A stretch of 64,000 nt of DNA, taken from NCBI RefSeq assembly GCF_009914755.1, contig NC_060931.1. One strand, given 5' to 3'. Within the stretch, counting starts at the first letter, position 1. The number at the start of each line of letters is the position of its first letter. Both the position numbers and the translations under genes were made by a program. Positions 1 through 12,924 of the stretch are shown here, piece by piece. The notes beneath the pieces were generated by a model. That model worked only from the letters and a program-made list of their open reading frames with translations. It had not been told where the DNA came from and did not search any database. Source of the stretch: the human T2T-CHM13v2.0 reference genome, Homo sapiens.

Positions 1-962
1 CTGTGTCTTAAAAGTTTGTGAAATAAGTACATGGCAAATAACTGTTCTGAGTTTTGACTATTTACCTTTATTTTGGCCATAAAGTGTTTCAAGTAAATCA
101 ACTTTACTTTTTTAAAAAAAGTTTAAAGCATATTAATTTCTGAACATAAATCTTCATGATAAAAACTGAAATGATCACAGGCACTGAAGAACAAAGCAAA
201 AAGTTTAGATGTCTAAGACTATGCTGAAAAGGCACCTAGTTTACAAGGCCTCAAACAGCCATAGTACACCCTTACCAGTTAAATATTCTGTATTAATTTA
301 AAAATAAAAACCTTTCAGATGAAAAGTTTAAAAAGACAAAAAATACTTAAAATGCTTGAATTCTTACATGTCACCATTACATGCTTTACACATATTGTTT
401 AATTTTCACAACTCTCCTTGGAAAGTGTCATTCTCCCTATTTTAATAATGAGAAAATCACAATGTAAAGAACTGCAACCAGAATATATTAAAAAAAAAAA
501 AAAACTCCTAAAATACGTTTTTATAAAAAAGGAAAGATAACCTAATTGAAACAATGAGTAAGAGCCATAAACACTTAAGACGAGCAAAAGTCAATAAACA
601 CATTATGAGAAATCTGTCATAAGGAAAATGACAAAAATCATAGAGACATCTCTATACACCCACCACAATGGCTAAAATTTAAGAATAATAATTCTAAGGA
701 TTGGCAAAGATCATTCTAGGTGGCAAATTTAGCATGAGCTAAGGGAAAACACTGAAGCAAGAACAAATGTTCCTATAAGGCAATAGTGGGTATGTGAGTT
801 TACCTTAGGTGCAAAGAGGTGATTGTACCATCACAGTGACTACAGTTAATAAATAATATATTGTATGCTTGAAAACTGCCTTCAAGATAAGGACTTTAAC
901 CTACAGTTGGTTGGCAAATCAGAACCATGACATCAATGACACAACTAAATGAGTTTTAAAGT

Positions 963-1470
963 ACAGTAGTTCCCCTTATCTGTATATAACCTACACACAC
1001 CCTCCTGTATACTTTAAATCATCTGTAGATTAGACTGTCTGTGGCCAGTTACGAACCCACCCACACAGTAGGGCAGGAAGGAGTGAAGCTGAGCTCCACC
1101 TCCTGTCATATCAGCAGGGCATTAGATTCTCACATGATCCCAAAGCCTATTGTGGACTGCACATGCAAAGGATCTAGGTCGCACACTCCTTATGAGAATC
1201 TAATGCCTGATGATCTGTCACTGTATTTATTACATGTAATAATAAATACCTACATACATTATATATTACAATGCAATAATAGAAATAAAGTGGACAATAA
1301 ATGTAATGGCTTGAGTCATCCTGAAACCACCACCACCCACCCCTCCAGTGGTCCATAGAAAAACTGTCTAATATAAAACCAGTTCCTGGTGCCAAAAAAA
1401 GTTGGGTGACTCGCTGCAGTGGAGTTCTTAGAATATATCACTCTAGGATATGGGGGGGATTACTGTTTAT
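963..1470 (+). mobile_element. MER2-like DNA transposon remnant with nested MER1A (~1030-1416)
   Basis: MER2-like ends (cagtagttccccttatc ... gggggattactg) surround MER1A motifs (gagctccacctcctgtca, ttatgagaatctaatgcctgatgatctg, cctggtgccaaaaa). Confidence 0.7.
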
Positions 1471-2194
1471 AAAAAGCTGCTTTGTATAGAATGTTCCAAA
1501 GACAGAAGACACAGAAACTTTCAAAAACTATCTCTTTCTCTGCAATAAATGTCTCTTCCTCCACAATCTGATTCTACCCTCACTGTTCAACCACATTCTT
1601 CCAAAACCCTCATGAGCACTCTCCAACCTGGTCACACTCTCTCTCTCTCACCACCGTGTCCATTTTCACGTCCAGATGCAACACTGAGTTCTCTCTCTAG
1701 GATGGCCCATCACTTGCGATGCTCTTCTGGAAACCTCCCTGTGCTTCTCTCCATTTAAATCCAGTGCTCTTTTGCAGGCCCAGCTGATGTCTGACTCACC
1801 CCATGATTTATCTGCCGACTCCAGCCTGCCTCTCATCCCGGTGTCTACAGTTCCTATGTGGGTTCTACAATACATAATTCAGCATCTCACTGGAATCTTA
1901 TGTTTTGTTCTTGACACTCAATTAGCCCATAAACTCCTAGATAGAAGGGACCACTTCTTTCAATTTTGTATCCCCCTCAGCACCTAGTACCAAAGGGTAT
2001 ACACCAGTTAGCTGATAGATCCCCTTGATAACCAGAAATACAGACACACCCTCTGGCCTGGCAACTGCATTTCTAGAAATTTACACTACTAAAATACATA
2101 AATATGAAAAATAGTATGATCAAAAATATGCATTGTAGACTGTAACAGTACAAATTGGAAGTAACATAAATGTCTATTAAGACTAGTGAGGCCA

Positions 2195-2486
2195 GGCCGG
2201 GCGCAGTGGTTCACGCCTCTATAATCCCAGCACTTTGGGAGACCGAGGCTGGTGGATCACCTGAGGTCAGGAGTTCGAGACCAGCCTGGCCAACATGGTG
2301 AAACCCCGTATCTACTAAAACTAGAAAAATTAGCCAGGCGCAGTGGCAGGCGCCTGTAATCCCAGCAACTTGGGAGCCTGAGGCAGGAGAAGCCAGGAGG
2401 CAGAGGATGCAGTAAGCTGAGATTGCACCACTGCACTCCAGCCTAGGGTACAGAGCGAGACTCTGTCTCAGGAAAAAAAAAAAAAA
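2195..2486 (+). mobile_element. AluS
   Basis: Alu dimer with A tail; TSD aagactagtgaggcca at 2179-2194 and 2485-2500. Confidence 0.95.
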
Positions 2487-2495
2487 GACTAGTGA

Positions 2496-2663
2496 GGCCA
2501 GGCACAGCGGATCATGCCCGTAATCCCAACACTTTGGGAGGCCAAGGCAGGAGGACTGCTTGAGCCCAGGAGTCAGAGGTTACAGTGAGCAATGATCACA
2601 CCACTGCATTTGAGCCTGGGCTAACAGAGCAAGACCCTGTCTCTAAAAAAAAAGAAAAAAAAA
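2496..2663 (+). mobile_element. Alu monomer (FRAM/AluJ-like)
   Basis: Single Alu arm with A tail. Confidence 0.85.
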
Positions 2664-4244
2664 GAATGACCAGTGAATTTCAGTCCATTACTGTCCATTA
2701 AAAAAACAAACAGTTGGGATATCTATACACATAGACATAACAAAGTAGTAGGTGAAAACAGTTGCAGAAAAGGGTATTCAATAGGCCTATTTTTGTTTTA
2801 TTCATACACACAAAATTTAAAAGAACACATAAATTTTTAGACTGATAATGTCCGGTAACTAGGACACATTTTTTAGTTTGGAAAAAAAATGAACAAAGAG
2901 CACATGTGATGTTTGTAGTAACAAATATTTATGTATTTTAACTCACTGCCCACAAACAGTAATTTACAAAACAATTTATAATATGAACACATTTTGTTTA
3001 AAGTATGAGAAATAATAGTTATTTCTGGAAAAGGGAGTACAGGAAACTTTCACATTCTAGGGCAGATAGTTGTTTTTTCTTAAATAATGAGCACTTAGTT
3101 ACAAAAAAAAAAAAAAGAATTTTAAAAAGAATTCCATCTTTCCCTGGGCTAGTGATCATCCCAGAGGGTTAAGTATTTTGGTCCACAAAACTTTTCTTAG
3201 CAACTTCTTAATCTGTAGAGAACTACCTTTATTGTTGGATTGTCCACTATACTAAATCTTAATAAGCATTACAGATAAATCATACCAACAAATAAAATTC
3301 ACAGAAGCTGGTATCAGAAAAAACTTCTCTGCCAGGTGAGTATTAAACACTGAACCTGTTTGATAAAGGGAATCTCTCCAATAAAAAAATTAACCTCAAA
3401 AATTTACTGAATTACTGTAAAAGATCCGGCATCACACTGGCCCTTATAGTAATAGTTCTGTTGTTAAACACCTTATACATATCCAGAGTAATCACAAACT
3501 TGCCCAAATCCTTGTTTCAAGGTCAAAACTAGAGATAAGACAAGAATCCTACACAGTTTTACCCATAGGAACAACAGGAGGTAACTGTGAGAACCACCCA
3601 AGAGGCCAGGCACTGGATTCTGTTCCCTGGATCTGTACTTCATATATCACCATTTCCCTACAGGCCTTGCTCCAATGTGGAACTTACAAATGTCCTGACT
3701 TAAGCAGTCAAGGCCTTCTCCACTAAGCCTCTATTAAAAACAAAGGGGCAGAGCTATCAGCTCCCTCCTTTTCCATCTCAGCATCCACCCTGAGATTCAA
3801 CTGCCTTTTTGCTTTCCCCTCAAACTTACTGCTGAACAGCTTATAGCTACTGAAGCTAAGTGCTTGATTTGTACTAATTCATTTATACACATAATAACCC
3901 TATGATGTATTCCTATTTTACAGATGAAGAAATGGAAGTACAAGGTGAAATAACTATTAAGTGGCAAAGCTAGGATTTAAACCCAGATATTATAGTTCCT
4001 CAATACAATCTTTATTATGCAGCAGTCAGTATCCCTGATATATGTCTTTTAACCTAGAAACCATTAGAAATCTTCAGACAGTAATGCTCTTAGGTTTCAG
4101 TAACAAATCTGAAAGTCAACATTTCACCCAAATCAAATGTTTACTCTAGAAAATGCTGTTTGTCCTGGTAATACTGGATAAACGAGAACTAGGAAATTTG
4201 CAAAATGTGCTTCCCAGTGCCTTTTGGGGTTTTTTTTCTTTGGA

Positions 4245-4583
<339 letters not shown>

Positions 4584-4749
4584 TTTTTTTTTTTTTTTTT
4601 TAACTTTGAAAAGCTGTTTAAAGTAATAAACACTCAACCTTTTAATCTACTAAAATAATAAAGGGATTAAGACTCTAGTTATGTAACTGTTTTCCTTCAC
4701 CTGTAGAATAAGACATAAACATGTATATGTATATAAAGCTTTTAGCATA

Positions 4750-5045
4750 ACTAGGCGTGGTAGTTCATACCCACAATCCCAGCACTTTGGGAGACTGAGG
4801 CAGGAGAATGGGATCACTTGAGCCCAGGAGTTTAAGACCAGCCTGGGCAACACAGGGAGACCCCTTCTCCACAAAAAATTTAAAAATTAGCCAGGTGGGG
4901 TAGTGCACACCTGTAGTCCTAGCTACTCCAGAAGTTAAGGTGGGAGGATCGCTTGAGCATGGGAGGTCGAGGCTGCAGTGAGCCATGATGGCACCACTGC
5001 ACTCCAGCCAGGGCGACAAAGCAAGACCCTGTCACAAACAAAAAC
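4750..5045 (+). mobile_element. AluJ
   Basis: J-type motifs gagcccaggagttt and gaggtcgaggctgcagtgagccatga. Confidence 0.9.
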
Positions 5046-5329
5046 ATGACTTGGGAGTAAGGAGTCAATGTCACCTACTATTCCCAGCATGTGGAAAAAC
5101 GTACAAGTTAAATTCAATGCCCAAAACACGACCCATGAATTCATGTTGACAGAAAACAAATGTAAACGTTTAAACAATTATACTTTCTGTTTAAATTTAC
5201 GAAAGTTATGAGAAAAAACTAATAGTTAATTGAAAATACTTTAACATTACCAAATTATCACACAGTAGTCAATTATTACACAAGAATGAATGCTAACAAC
5301 CTGCCTCATAAACTCATTCATTCCATCTA

Positions 5330-5858
5330 TTTCCATGTGAAGTACCTGAATGTCTTATTTTCAAAAGTTTTTCTCTTTCCTGTGCGATGCCTTGTCTTAC
5401 CTTTAACAATGAGATAATAGTCTTTGCTCTCCTTTCCCCCACGAACACCCTTACACAACGTTTCCCTTATCTAATTATGTGTTCGTCTGAAGTTCCAGAG
5501 ACTAATCTTGAAACAATTCAGGCGACTACTGAATTCTCCTCCACCTGGAGATTACTTCAAGGCTGCAATTAATTTGCAACCCAGTTATACTCAGGCGCCA
5601 GCCCATTCACCAGATGAGGCAAAAACCCAAGATAAATATCTGAGCAAGTCACGTAGACTGGGGCCCCCGAGCCCCAATACCAAGCGCCCCTTTATAAGCT
5701 CTTACATTTTGTCCAAATTTGAAATGGTTTCGTTAAGGCAGAAGCTTGGACTACTTCCCCATTGCTAGCTTTGGAAAGTAGTCACTTTCCTTTCCGGGCC
5801 CTTCATCCTTGTTGATTGGCTCTGCAAGCAGCGAGCAGCCCAGCCTGAACTCGGTTAC
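5330..5858 (+). mobile_element. Solo LTR, ERV1-class (family uncertain)
   Basis: LTR-like 3' terminus attggctctgcaagcagcgagcagcccagcctgaactcggttaca; internal TATA-like ttttataa. Confidence 0.55.
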
Positions 5859-6089
5859 ACAGTAATTTCAAATCTTAGAAGAATAAAATATCCTGAGTGT
5901 TATATAGATTTAAAACACTTGATATAATCATTTGCCAATCTTTTATTAGATAAGCTCGGGGCACTTTCAATGGATTAAAAATGCATCACGGTCAGGCAAC
6001 GATGACCGTCCTTAATGCCTGCAATGTCTAATGTTCCGCTATGTTCCAGATTTGTTCGCGCTGTTGGTGGAGGCGCAACAGCCGGGAAG

Positions 6090-6280
6090 CGCTTACTGGG
6101 CTCCACACGGACTACACACACTGTATCTTGTCATTTCGTCCTCACAGCAAGGACTGATACGTAAGCTCATTTTTCAGATGAGGAAAATGAGACCGGCGAG
6201 AGGCTGATATGCTTAGCGGTACAGAGCTAGGAAATCAGGGACAGAACCCAGGCTGGAAGTCACGCTGGCTCTAGAGCCCC
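6090..6280 (-). mobile_element. MIR remnant
   Basis: Core cattt..cagatgaggaaaatgag. Confidence 0.6.
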
Positions 6281-6353
6281 GTCCTTTCGACCTGTTCCCG
6301 TCGCTGGGGAGGGGCACGTCAGTGACACTAAACCGTGGAAAGAAATACAGTAC

Positions 6354-6396
6354 CAGTGGAAAGCAGGGGCTCCAACGGGGTAAAGGCATGCTCCAT
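6354..6396 (-). CDS. TPK1: TPK1 first coding segment (exon 2): MEHAFTPLEPLLST + phase-1 G; the rest of the CDS lies beyond the left end of the window
   Basis: Minus strand reads gttATG GAG CAT GCC TTT ACC CCG TTG GAG CCC CTG CTT TCC ACT G|gtactg, matching the recalled N-terminus of human TPK1 (MEHAFTPLEPLLSTG). 43 coding nt; Kozak -3 G and +4 G. Confidence 0.96.
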
Positions 6397-6412
6397 AACG
6401 GATTATTGGCCT
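6354..6412 (-). other. TPK1: TPK1 exon 2 (59 nt: 16 nt 5'UTR + 43 nt CDS)
   Basis: Acceptor T-run (6420-6431) then aatgcAG at 6414-6413; CTAAC branch-point motif at 6441-6437; donor GT at 6353-6352. Confidence 0.92.
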
Positions 6413-6449
6413 CTGCATTAAAAAAAAAAAAGTGAAGTTAGACTCTCAG

Positions 6450-6990
6450 TTTTAATTAAACATCGCGCAGAACCAACAGCACGGGAGCCGCCTGAACCTG
6501 GCACTCGGCAGCGGCGCGCTCCGGGACCCAGGGAGCCAGCTGAGCTGCGGCGCAGCACCCGGCGCTGGGGACCCGCCACGGCTCGCCTACAGCACCGCCG
6601 CGGGCGGGGGCCCCCGGAGACCGGCCGCGCGGGCCGCTATGAGGTCCGAGGGGTTGCCCCTGCCGCCTCTCTCCGCGAACCCATCACCATCCGGGAACCT
6701 GGGGAGCGAGAGGCGGCCGCCCCCTTCCGCGGCCCGCGCGCCCGGCAGCAGTCGCACTTACACAATGGCTGGTAGGAGCCACAGACTGGAGATCGCAGGC
6801 TGCGGGAGCTACGGCGATCGACCGCTCGGCGCTCGGCTGAGGAGCCTTGGCGCGCGGTCCTCGCTCGCAGGTTTTAGCCCCCGGGACGCGAGGTGGCCCC
6901 GCCCGCTTCCGGGAGCCGGAGGCAAGTGGGAGCCGCGCCCTGTGCTCTGCGTCCGGCACTACCCACCTCAAGTCTCCAAGGCTTCGTTTT
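6450..6990. promoter_or_regulatory. TPK1: CpG island / TATA-less TPK1 promoter
   Basis: Very high GC and CpG density; GC box CCCCGCCC at 6897-6904 next to an ETS/GABP-type CCGGAAG (minus) at 6906-6912. Confidence 0.88.
6762..6890 (-). other. TPK1: TPK1 non-coding exon 1 (TSS approximate)
   Basis: Consensus donor TGT|GTAAGT with GT at 6761-6760; GC-rich exon with no upstream ATG; gives a 349-nt intron 1 (6413-6761). Confidence 0.85.
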
Positions 6991-7197
6991 CTGGGCTGGT
7001 TCTGCTAGCTGTAGTACTGCTGCTGGGCCCTCTGCACTCAGCTTTAACAAGGAGGCCATTTGCTTCAAACTAAGTGGCGAATTCCCTATCACCCATGCTT
7101 GACCTAGCTTCCAAGCCAAACTTACTTTCCACTGTGCTGCTTCTAGTCCTGCTACCGGTGTCCTCCCTGAGCCGTCGGGTTAAAAGCTTTCCTTCCT

Positions 7198-7494
7198 GGC
7201 CGGGTGCGGTGACTCACGCCTGTAATCCCAGCAGTTTGGGAGGCCGAGGCGGACGGATCATGAGGTCAGAAGTTCGAGACCAGCCTGGCCAGCATGGTGA
7301 AACCTCGTCTCTACTAAAAATACAAAAAATTAGCCGGGCATGGTGGCGCGCGCCTGTAGGCCCAGCTACTCGGGAGGCCGAGGCAGGAGAATCGCTTGAA
7401 CCCGGGAGGCCGGAGGTTGCAGTGAGCCAAGATCACACCAGTGCACTCCAGTCTGGGCGACAAAGCGAGACTCCATCTCAAAGAAAAAAAAAAA
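7198..7494 (+). mobile_element. AluS, CpG-rich, adjacent to the promoter
   Basis: Full dimer; TSD aaaagctttc. Confidence 0.95.
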
Positions 7495-7928
7495 GCTTTC
7501 TTTAGGGAACACTCCGTTAAGAGCTTTCCTTACTTTGCTTTGTGGAAACAGAATGTTTTTGTTGGAAGAAACTTTAAGCCACCTATCTGCAGCTGCAGAG
7601 CGTCACTGTTGCAATACAGGCTTTTCCAATAGTGAGCGAACCTAATCTCCCTCTACCCTCTTAAGGTTTCCACCTGGGCCTAAGAGGTTAAATTGACTTA
7701 AGACAGTTTAACAGGGGAAAAGCTTACAGCTATGTGCATGGGAGTCCACAAGAAAAGACCCAAAGAAGGAGGAAGCCTAAATGCTTATATACGGGTTTAG
7801 CTACAACAAATTTCAAAAGTCCATGTTTAAATATGACCTTAATGAACCTAAAAGACAATTGGGGTACAAGGAAACTATCTGCACATGTAATAGACAAGTG
7901 GTTGCCATGTGTTTATCCTATGAAGAGC

Positions 7929-8324
7929 TGTTACCAGTTGATGTGTCCAGGTTCTTGGCGTCTTGAACAAAGAATTGGACAAAACGCACAAAGCAAGGAA
8001 AGAATGAAGCAAAAACAGAGATTTATTGAAGATGAAAGTACACCCCATAGGTTGGGAGCGCCCGAGGATAGGGGCTCAAGAGTGCCGTTAGAGAATGTTC
8101 TGGGGTTTAAATGCCAGCTAGAGGTTTCCATTGGTTACTTGGCTTATGCCCTATGTAAATGAAGAGGATGAAGTAAATTTTAAAGTCATTTACTGGATAT
8201 AAGCCCTGTGTAAATGGAGAGGATGTTTCCTGTCATTGCTGAAGTACTGCAATTTGATTTAGTTCCAGGAAGTCAGCATGAATCGGCCTTAACATTCCCT
8301 GCCTCCAGACCCTATTCTGCCTCA
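7929..8324 (-). mobile_element. MER61-family solo LTR (ERV1)
   Basis: Reverse strand starts TGAGGCAGAATAGGGTCTGGAGGCAGGGAA and ends ...GGTAACA; 4-bp flanks gagc/gaac; lies in an old L1. Confidence 0.8.
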
Positions 8325-8835
8325 GAACTACATGTCCATTAGTAAAAGGCAAACCAGAAAAATTATGACCAAGGATATAAACAGGCAAGGCAAATTATAG
8401 AAGGTAGTCAAATGGCAAAAACACATCACCAATATTCAGAACGAAATCTTGAACAATGAATTCAATGGCAGATTGTAACCAATTTTTTAAGCAGTAATAA
8501 AAATTTACACTTACTGATCAATTATTATGTTCCAGTCAGTGTTGAGGTCTTTTATATTTTATTTAATTACCCTAAAATGTAGGCTCCAGGAAAACAAGGA
8601 CCAAAATTTAGTTGTTGGCCCTTGAATCCTCACTCTAGCACAGTTTACTTGTTAATGATTTGTCTCCCCCTACTAGAGAGCTAGCTCTCTAAGGGCAGGA
8701 GCCTTGTCTATTTCCTTCCCTGCTATTTCTCCAGCCACACAGTGTGTCTCACCAAGATAAGTTCAGTAAATGTGAAATAAATTAACAAATAATGGGAAAA
8801 AAATGGAGAATTATGGTACTTCATACCAGGAATTA

Positions 8836-10824
8836 CAGGCATACCTCCTTTTATTGTGTTTAGCTTTATTGTGCTTTACAGATACCGCTTTTACAAATTG
8901 AAAGTTTGTGGCAAGCCTGCATCAAGCAGGTCTATCTGCAACATTTTTCCAAAAGCGTGTACCTGCTTCGTGTCTCTGCGTCATATTTTGGTAATTTTCA
9001 CAATACTTCAAATATTTCCATTAATATATTCATTACAATCTGTGATTAGTGATTCTTAATGTTACTCTTGTCATTGTTTTGGGGTGCCACCAGCCATGCC
9101 CTTATAAGACGGCAAACTTAATAGATCAATGTTGTGTGTTTCTTACTGCCCCGGGACCAGTACATTCTCCTGTTTCTCTCTCCCCGTGGGCCTCCCTATT
9201 CCCTAAGACACGACAGTATTGAAATTAGGCCATTTTATATTCCTACAATGGCCTCTAAGTGTTTAAGTGAAAGGAAGAACTGCATGTGTCTCACTTTAAA
9301 TCAAAAGCTAGAAATGATCAAGATTAGTGAGAAAGTTTTGTCAAAAGAAAGCTAGGCTTTTTGTATCAGTTAGCCAAGTTGTGAATGCAAAGCAAAAGTT
9401 CTTTAAGAAAACTGAAAGTGCTACTCCACTAAACACATGAATGATAAGAAAGATAAACAGCCTTATTGCTATGAAGAAAGTTTGAGTGGTCCGTGTAGAA
9501 GATCCAGTTAGCCACAACATTTCCTTGAACCAAAGCCAGATCCAGAGCAAGGCCCTGATTCTGAATTATCTTAAAGTCTGGGAGAAATGAGTAAACTGCA
9601 GAAGAAAAGTTTGAAGATAGCAGAGGTTCATGTGGTTTAAGGAAAGAAGCCATCTCCGTAACATAAAAGAGCAAGGTGAAGTTGCAAGTACTGATGAAGA
9701 AGCTGTAGCAAGTTGACCAGAAAATCTAGCTAAGATCATTGATGAAGGTGGCCATTTTTCATGGAGATGAAACAACCTTCTATTGGAAGAAGATGACATC
9801 TAAGACTTTGATAGCTAGAGAGGAAAAGTCAATACTTGGCTTCAAAGTTTCAAAGGCCAGGCTGACTCACTTGTTAAGGCCTAATGTAGCTGGTGGTTGT
9901 CAGTTGGAGCCAGTGCTTGTTTACCATTTTGAAAATCCTAGGGCCCTTAAGAATTATGCTAAATCTGGCCAGGCACGGTGGCTCATGCAGATCACGAGGT
10001 CAGGAGTTCGAGACCAGCCTGACCAACATGATGAACCCTTGTCTCTACTAAAAATACAAAAATTAGCTGGGCATAGTGGCAGGTGCCTGTAATCTCAGCT
10101 ACTCAGGAGGCTGAGGCAGGAGAATCGCTTCAACCTGGGAGGTGGAGGTTTCAGTGAGCTGAAATTGGGCCTGCACTCCAGCCTGGGTGACAGAGAGAGA
10201 CTCCGTCTCAAAAAAAAAAAAAAAAAAAAAAAAAAAGAATTATTCTAAATCTACTCTGCCTGTATCTAGAAATGGAACAACGAAGCCTGAATGGCAACAC
10301 ATCTGTTTACAACATGGTTTACTGAATATTTTAAACCCACTATTTTACTGCTCAGAAAAAAAAAATCCTTTACAAATATTACTGTTCATTAATAGTGCAC
10401 CTGGTCACCCAAAAACTCTGATGGAGATTAATGATTTCATGCCTGCTAACACATCCATTCTGCAGACCATGGATCAAGGAGTGATTTCTACTTTCAAGTC
10501 TTATCATTTAAAAAACACATTTTGTAATGCTGTGGTGCCATAGATAGTGATTCCTCTGATGGATCTGGGTACAGTACATTGGAAACCTTCTAGAAAGAAT
10601 TTGCCATTCTAGATACCATTAAGAACATTCATGATTCATGGGAGGAGGTCAAAATATCCAAATTAATAGAAGTTTGGAAGAAGTTGATTCCAATCCTCAT
10701 GGCTGACTTTGAGAGGCTCAAGACTTCAGTAGAGGAAATAACTGCAGATGTGGTAGAAATAGCAAGAGAACTAGAATTAGAAGTGGCGCCTGAAGATGGA
10801 ACTGAATTGCTGCAATCTCATGAT
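8836..10824 (+). mobile_element. Tigger1 (pogo-like) DNA transposon, 5' ~80%, decayed transposase
   Basis: TA + TIR CAGGCATACCTC at 8834-8847; transposase start MASKCLSERK...LTLNQKLEMIK at 9248; fragments DETTFYWKKM and [14 protein letters not shown] in the ORF track, broken by stops and frameshifts. Confidence 0.95.
9967..10236 (+). mobile_element. AluS inside Tigger1, with a left-arm deletion
   Basis: TSD aagaattat(g/t)ctaaatct. Confidence 0.93.
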
Positions 10825-11054
10825 CTTTGCTCACGGCAACCTCTGCCTCTTAGGTTCCAGTGATTCTCATGCCTCAGCCTCCTGAGTAGCTGGGACTACA
10901 GATGTGTGCCAACATGCCTGGCTAACTTTTGTAATTTTAGTAGAGATGGGGTTTCACCATGTTGGCCAGGCTGGTCTCAAACTCCTGGCCTCAAGAAATC
11001 CACCCATGCCTCCCAAAGTGGTGAGATTACAGGTGTGAGCCACCACACCTGGCC
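10823..11054 (-). mobile_element. Alu lacking its 3' end and tail
   Basis: Begins at gatctttgctcac directly against Tigger1 sequence. Confidence 0.9.
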
Positions 11055-11712
11055 AATATACCATATATTTTGAACACCACCAGTACAAGAAAATGAGGGT
11101 AGAGCCACAGAATATTTGGTGAGGAAGACAGAAGAGCCTTCTTTGTATCCTGGAGAAAACTATGTAACTTACTACTTGGAGTTCCTTCCTACTTTGTGGA
11201 GTCATACTGTGGACCTGTTTACCATCAGTATTAACCTTTTTGGGATCATAGAATCAATTGAAAATTTGTTTGAAGATTTGGAACCTCTCCCCTGAAAATT
11301 GTTCCATGTATGTATGTATGCATGCATGCTTATATTTATTCTGCTTTCCTTGGAAGCCCCAAATATACTAAAGGTTAACAATAATTGCTCATTAAATTTC
11401 TTTTAATATACATTTTTATAAACATCTTAAACTTCTTTAATATACTTATTGAAAAAATATGTATTAATGTAATAAAAAAAGTACATAAAATAAAAATTGA
11501 TATCACTCTCACCCTACTGGCTCCTACCTACTACACCCCTTTTTCTCAGAGGTCATTTTAACAATTCAGTTTCTATGACTTTCCAAATCCATTTTCTATG
11601 AATCATCAAAAACAGAAGTGAGACTATTCTACCATTTACATTTACAAAATTTACTCTGTTGTGGACATTTTTCCACATGATGCCATATTTATCTAGCTCA
11701 TTCTTTTTAATA

Positions 11713-11811
11713 CAGCCATGACTTGGAAATACTGTGGGTTTGATTCCAGATACCACAATTAAGTAAGCTGCACAAATTTTGGGGTTTCCTAGTGCATATA
11801 AAAATTACCTT
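11713..11811 (-). mobile_element. Tigger1 3' terminus, inverted relative to the 8836 copy (continues at ~12328-12342)
   Basis: TA + cagccatgacttggaaatactgtgggtttgattccaga...cacaaattttggggtttcctagtgcatataaaa is the reverse complement of the Tigger1 right end. Confidence 0.8.
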
Positions 11812-11816
11812 AGGGC

Positions 11817-12317
<501 letters not shown>

Positions 12318-12340
12318 CAGTACCTTAACACTATCCTGTA

Positions 12341-12608
12341 GTTGCCCAGGCTAGAGTGCAGTGGCACAATCTTGGCTCACTGCAACCACTGCTGTCCAGG
12401 CTCAAGTGATCCTCCCACCTCAGCCTCCTGAGTAGCTGGGACTACAGGTGTGCACTACCACACCCAGATCATTTTTGTATTTTTTGTAGAGACAGGGTTT
12501 CGCCATGTTGCCCAGCTGGCCTCAGATCGTGAGCTCAAGCACTCCACCCACCTGGGTACTGTAATCCCAAAGTGCTGGGATTACAGGCATGGGCCACTGC
12601 GCCTAGCC
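12341..12608 (-). mobile_element. AluJ lacking tail
   Basis: Reverse Alu beginning at gttgcccagg. Confidence 0.9.
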
Positions 12609-12924
12609 CAAGCAGCTTCTTTACTTGCGTTCCTCAGAAGATGTTTAAAAGTGAATAATGTGTTATAAACCCCAAATGATATTGGTGATAGTGTGCAGTA
12701 TTTTCAAAACTTATTTCACTGCAAAGCACTTTTATTATAGCATTGTTTGGAATAATATTATATTTTTTTTTAATTTTTTTTTTTTTAATGACAGGGTCTC
12801 CAGGCTGGAGTGCAGTGGCGTGATCTTGACAATTAAGGAGATGGCTTTATTCAGGCTATTGCAATAAGCAGAACACCCTAGGCCCTAATGTCAGAGTGTC
12901 TTGGCAGTGTGATTTTCCTTTAGA

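Noticed and set aside
6413-6761. Possible TPP riboswitch in TPK1 intron 1 (CTGAGA near the acceptor), by analogy with fungal and plant splicing riboswitches
   Set aside because: Only the hexamer is present, followed by the branch point and T tract; I see no ACCTGA...TAAT...CGNAGG P4/P5 arm. An Infernal search with the Rfam TPP model would settle it.
6639-7073. 144-aa plus-strand ORF and overlapping ORFs across the CpG island
   Set aside because: Pro/Arg/Gly/Ala-rich and resembles no protein I recognise; long ORFs are expected in stop-poor GC-rich DNA.
9248-10824. Tigger1 transposase as a domesticated TIGD-like gene
   Set aside because: Multiple stops, frameshifts, deletions and an Alu insertion.
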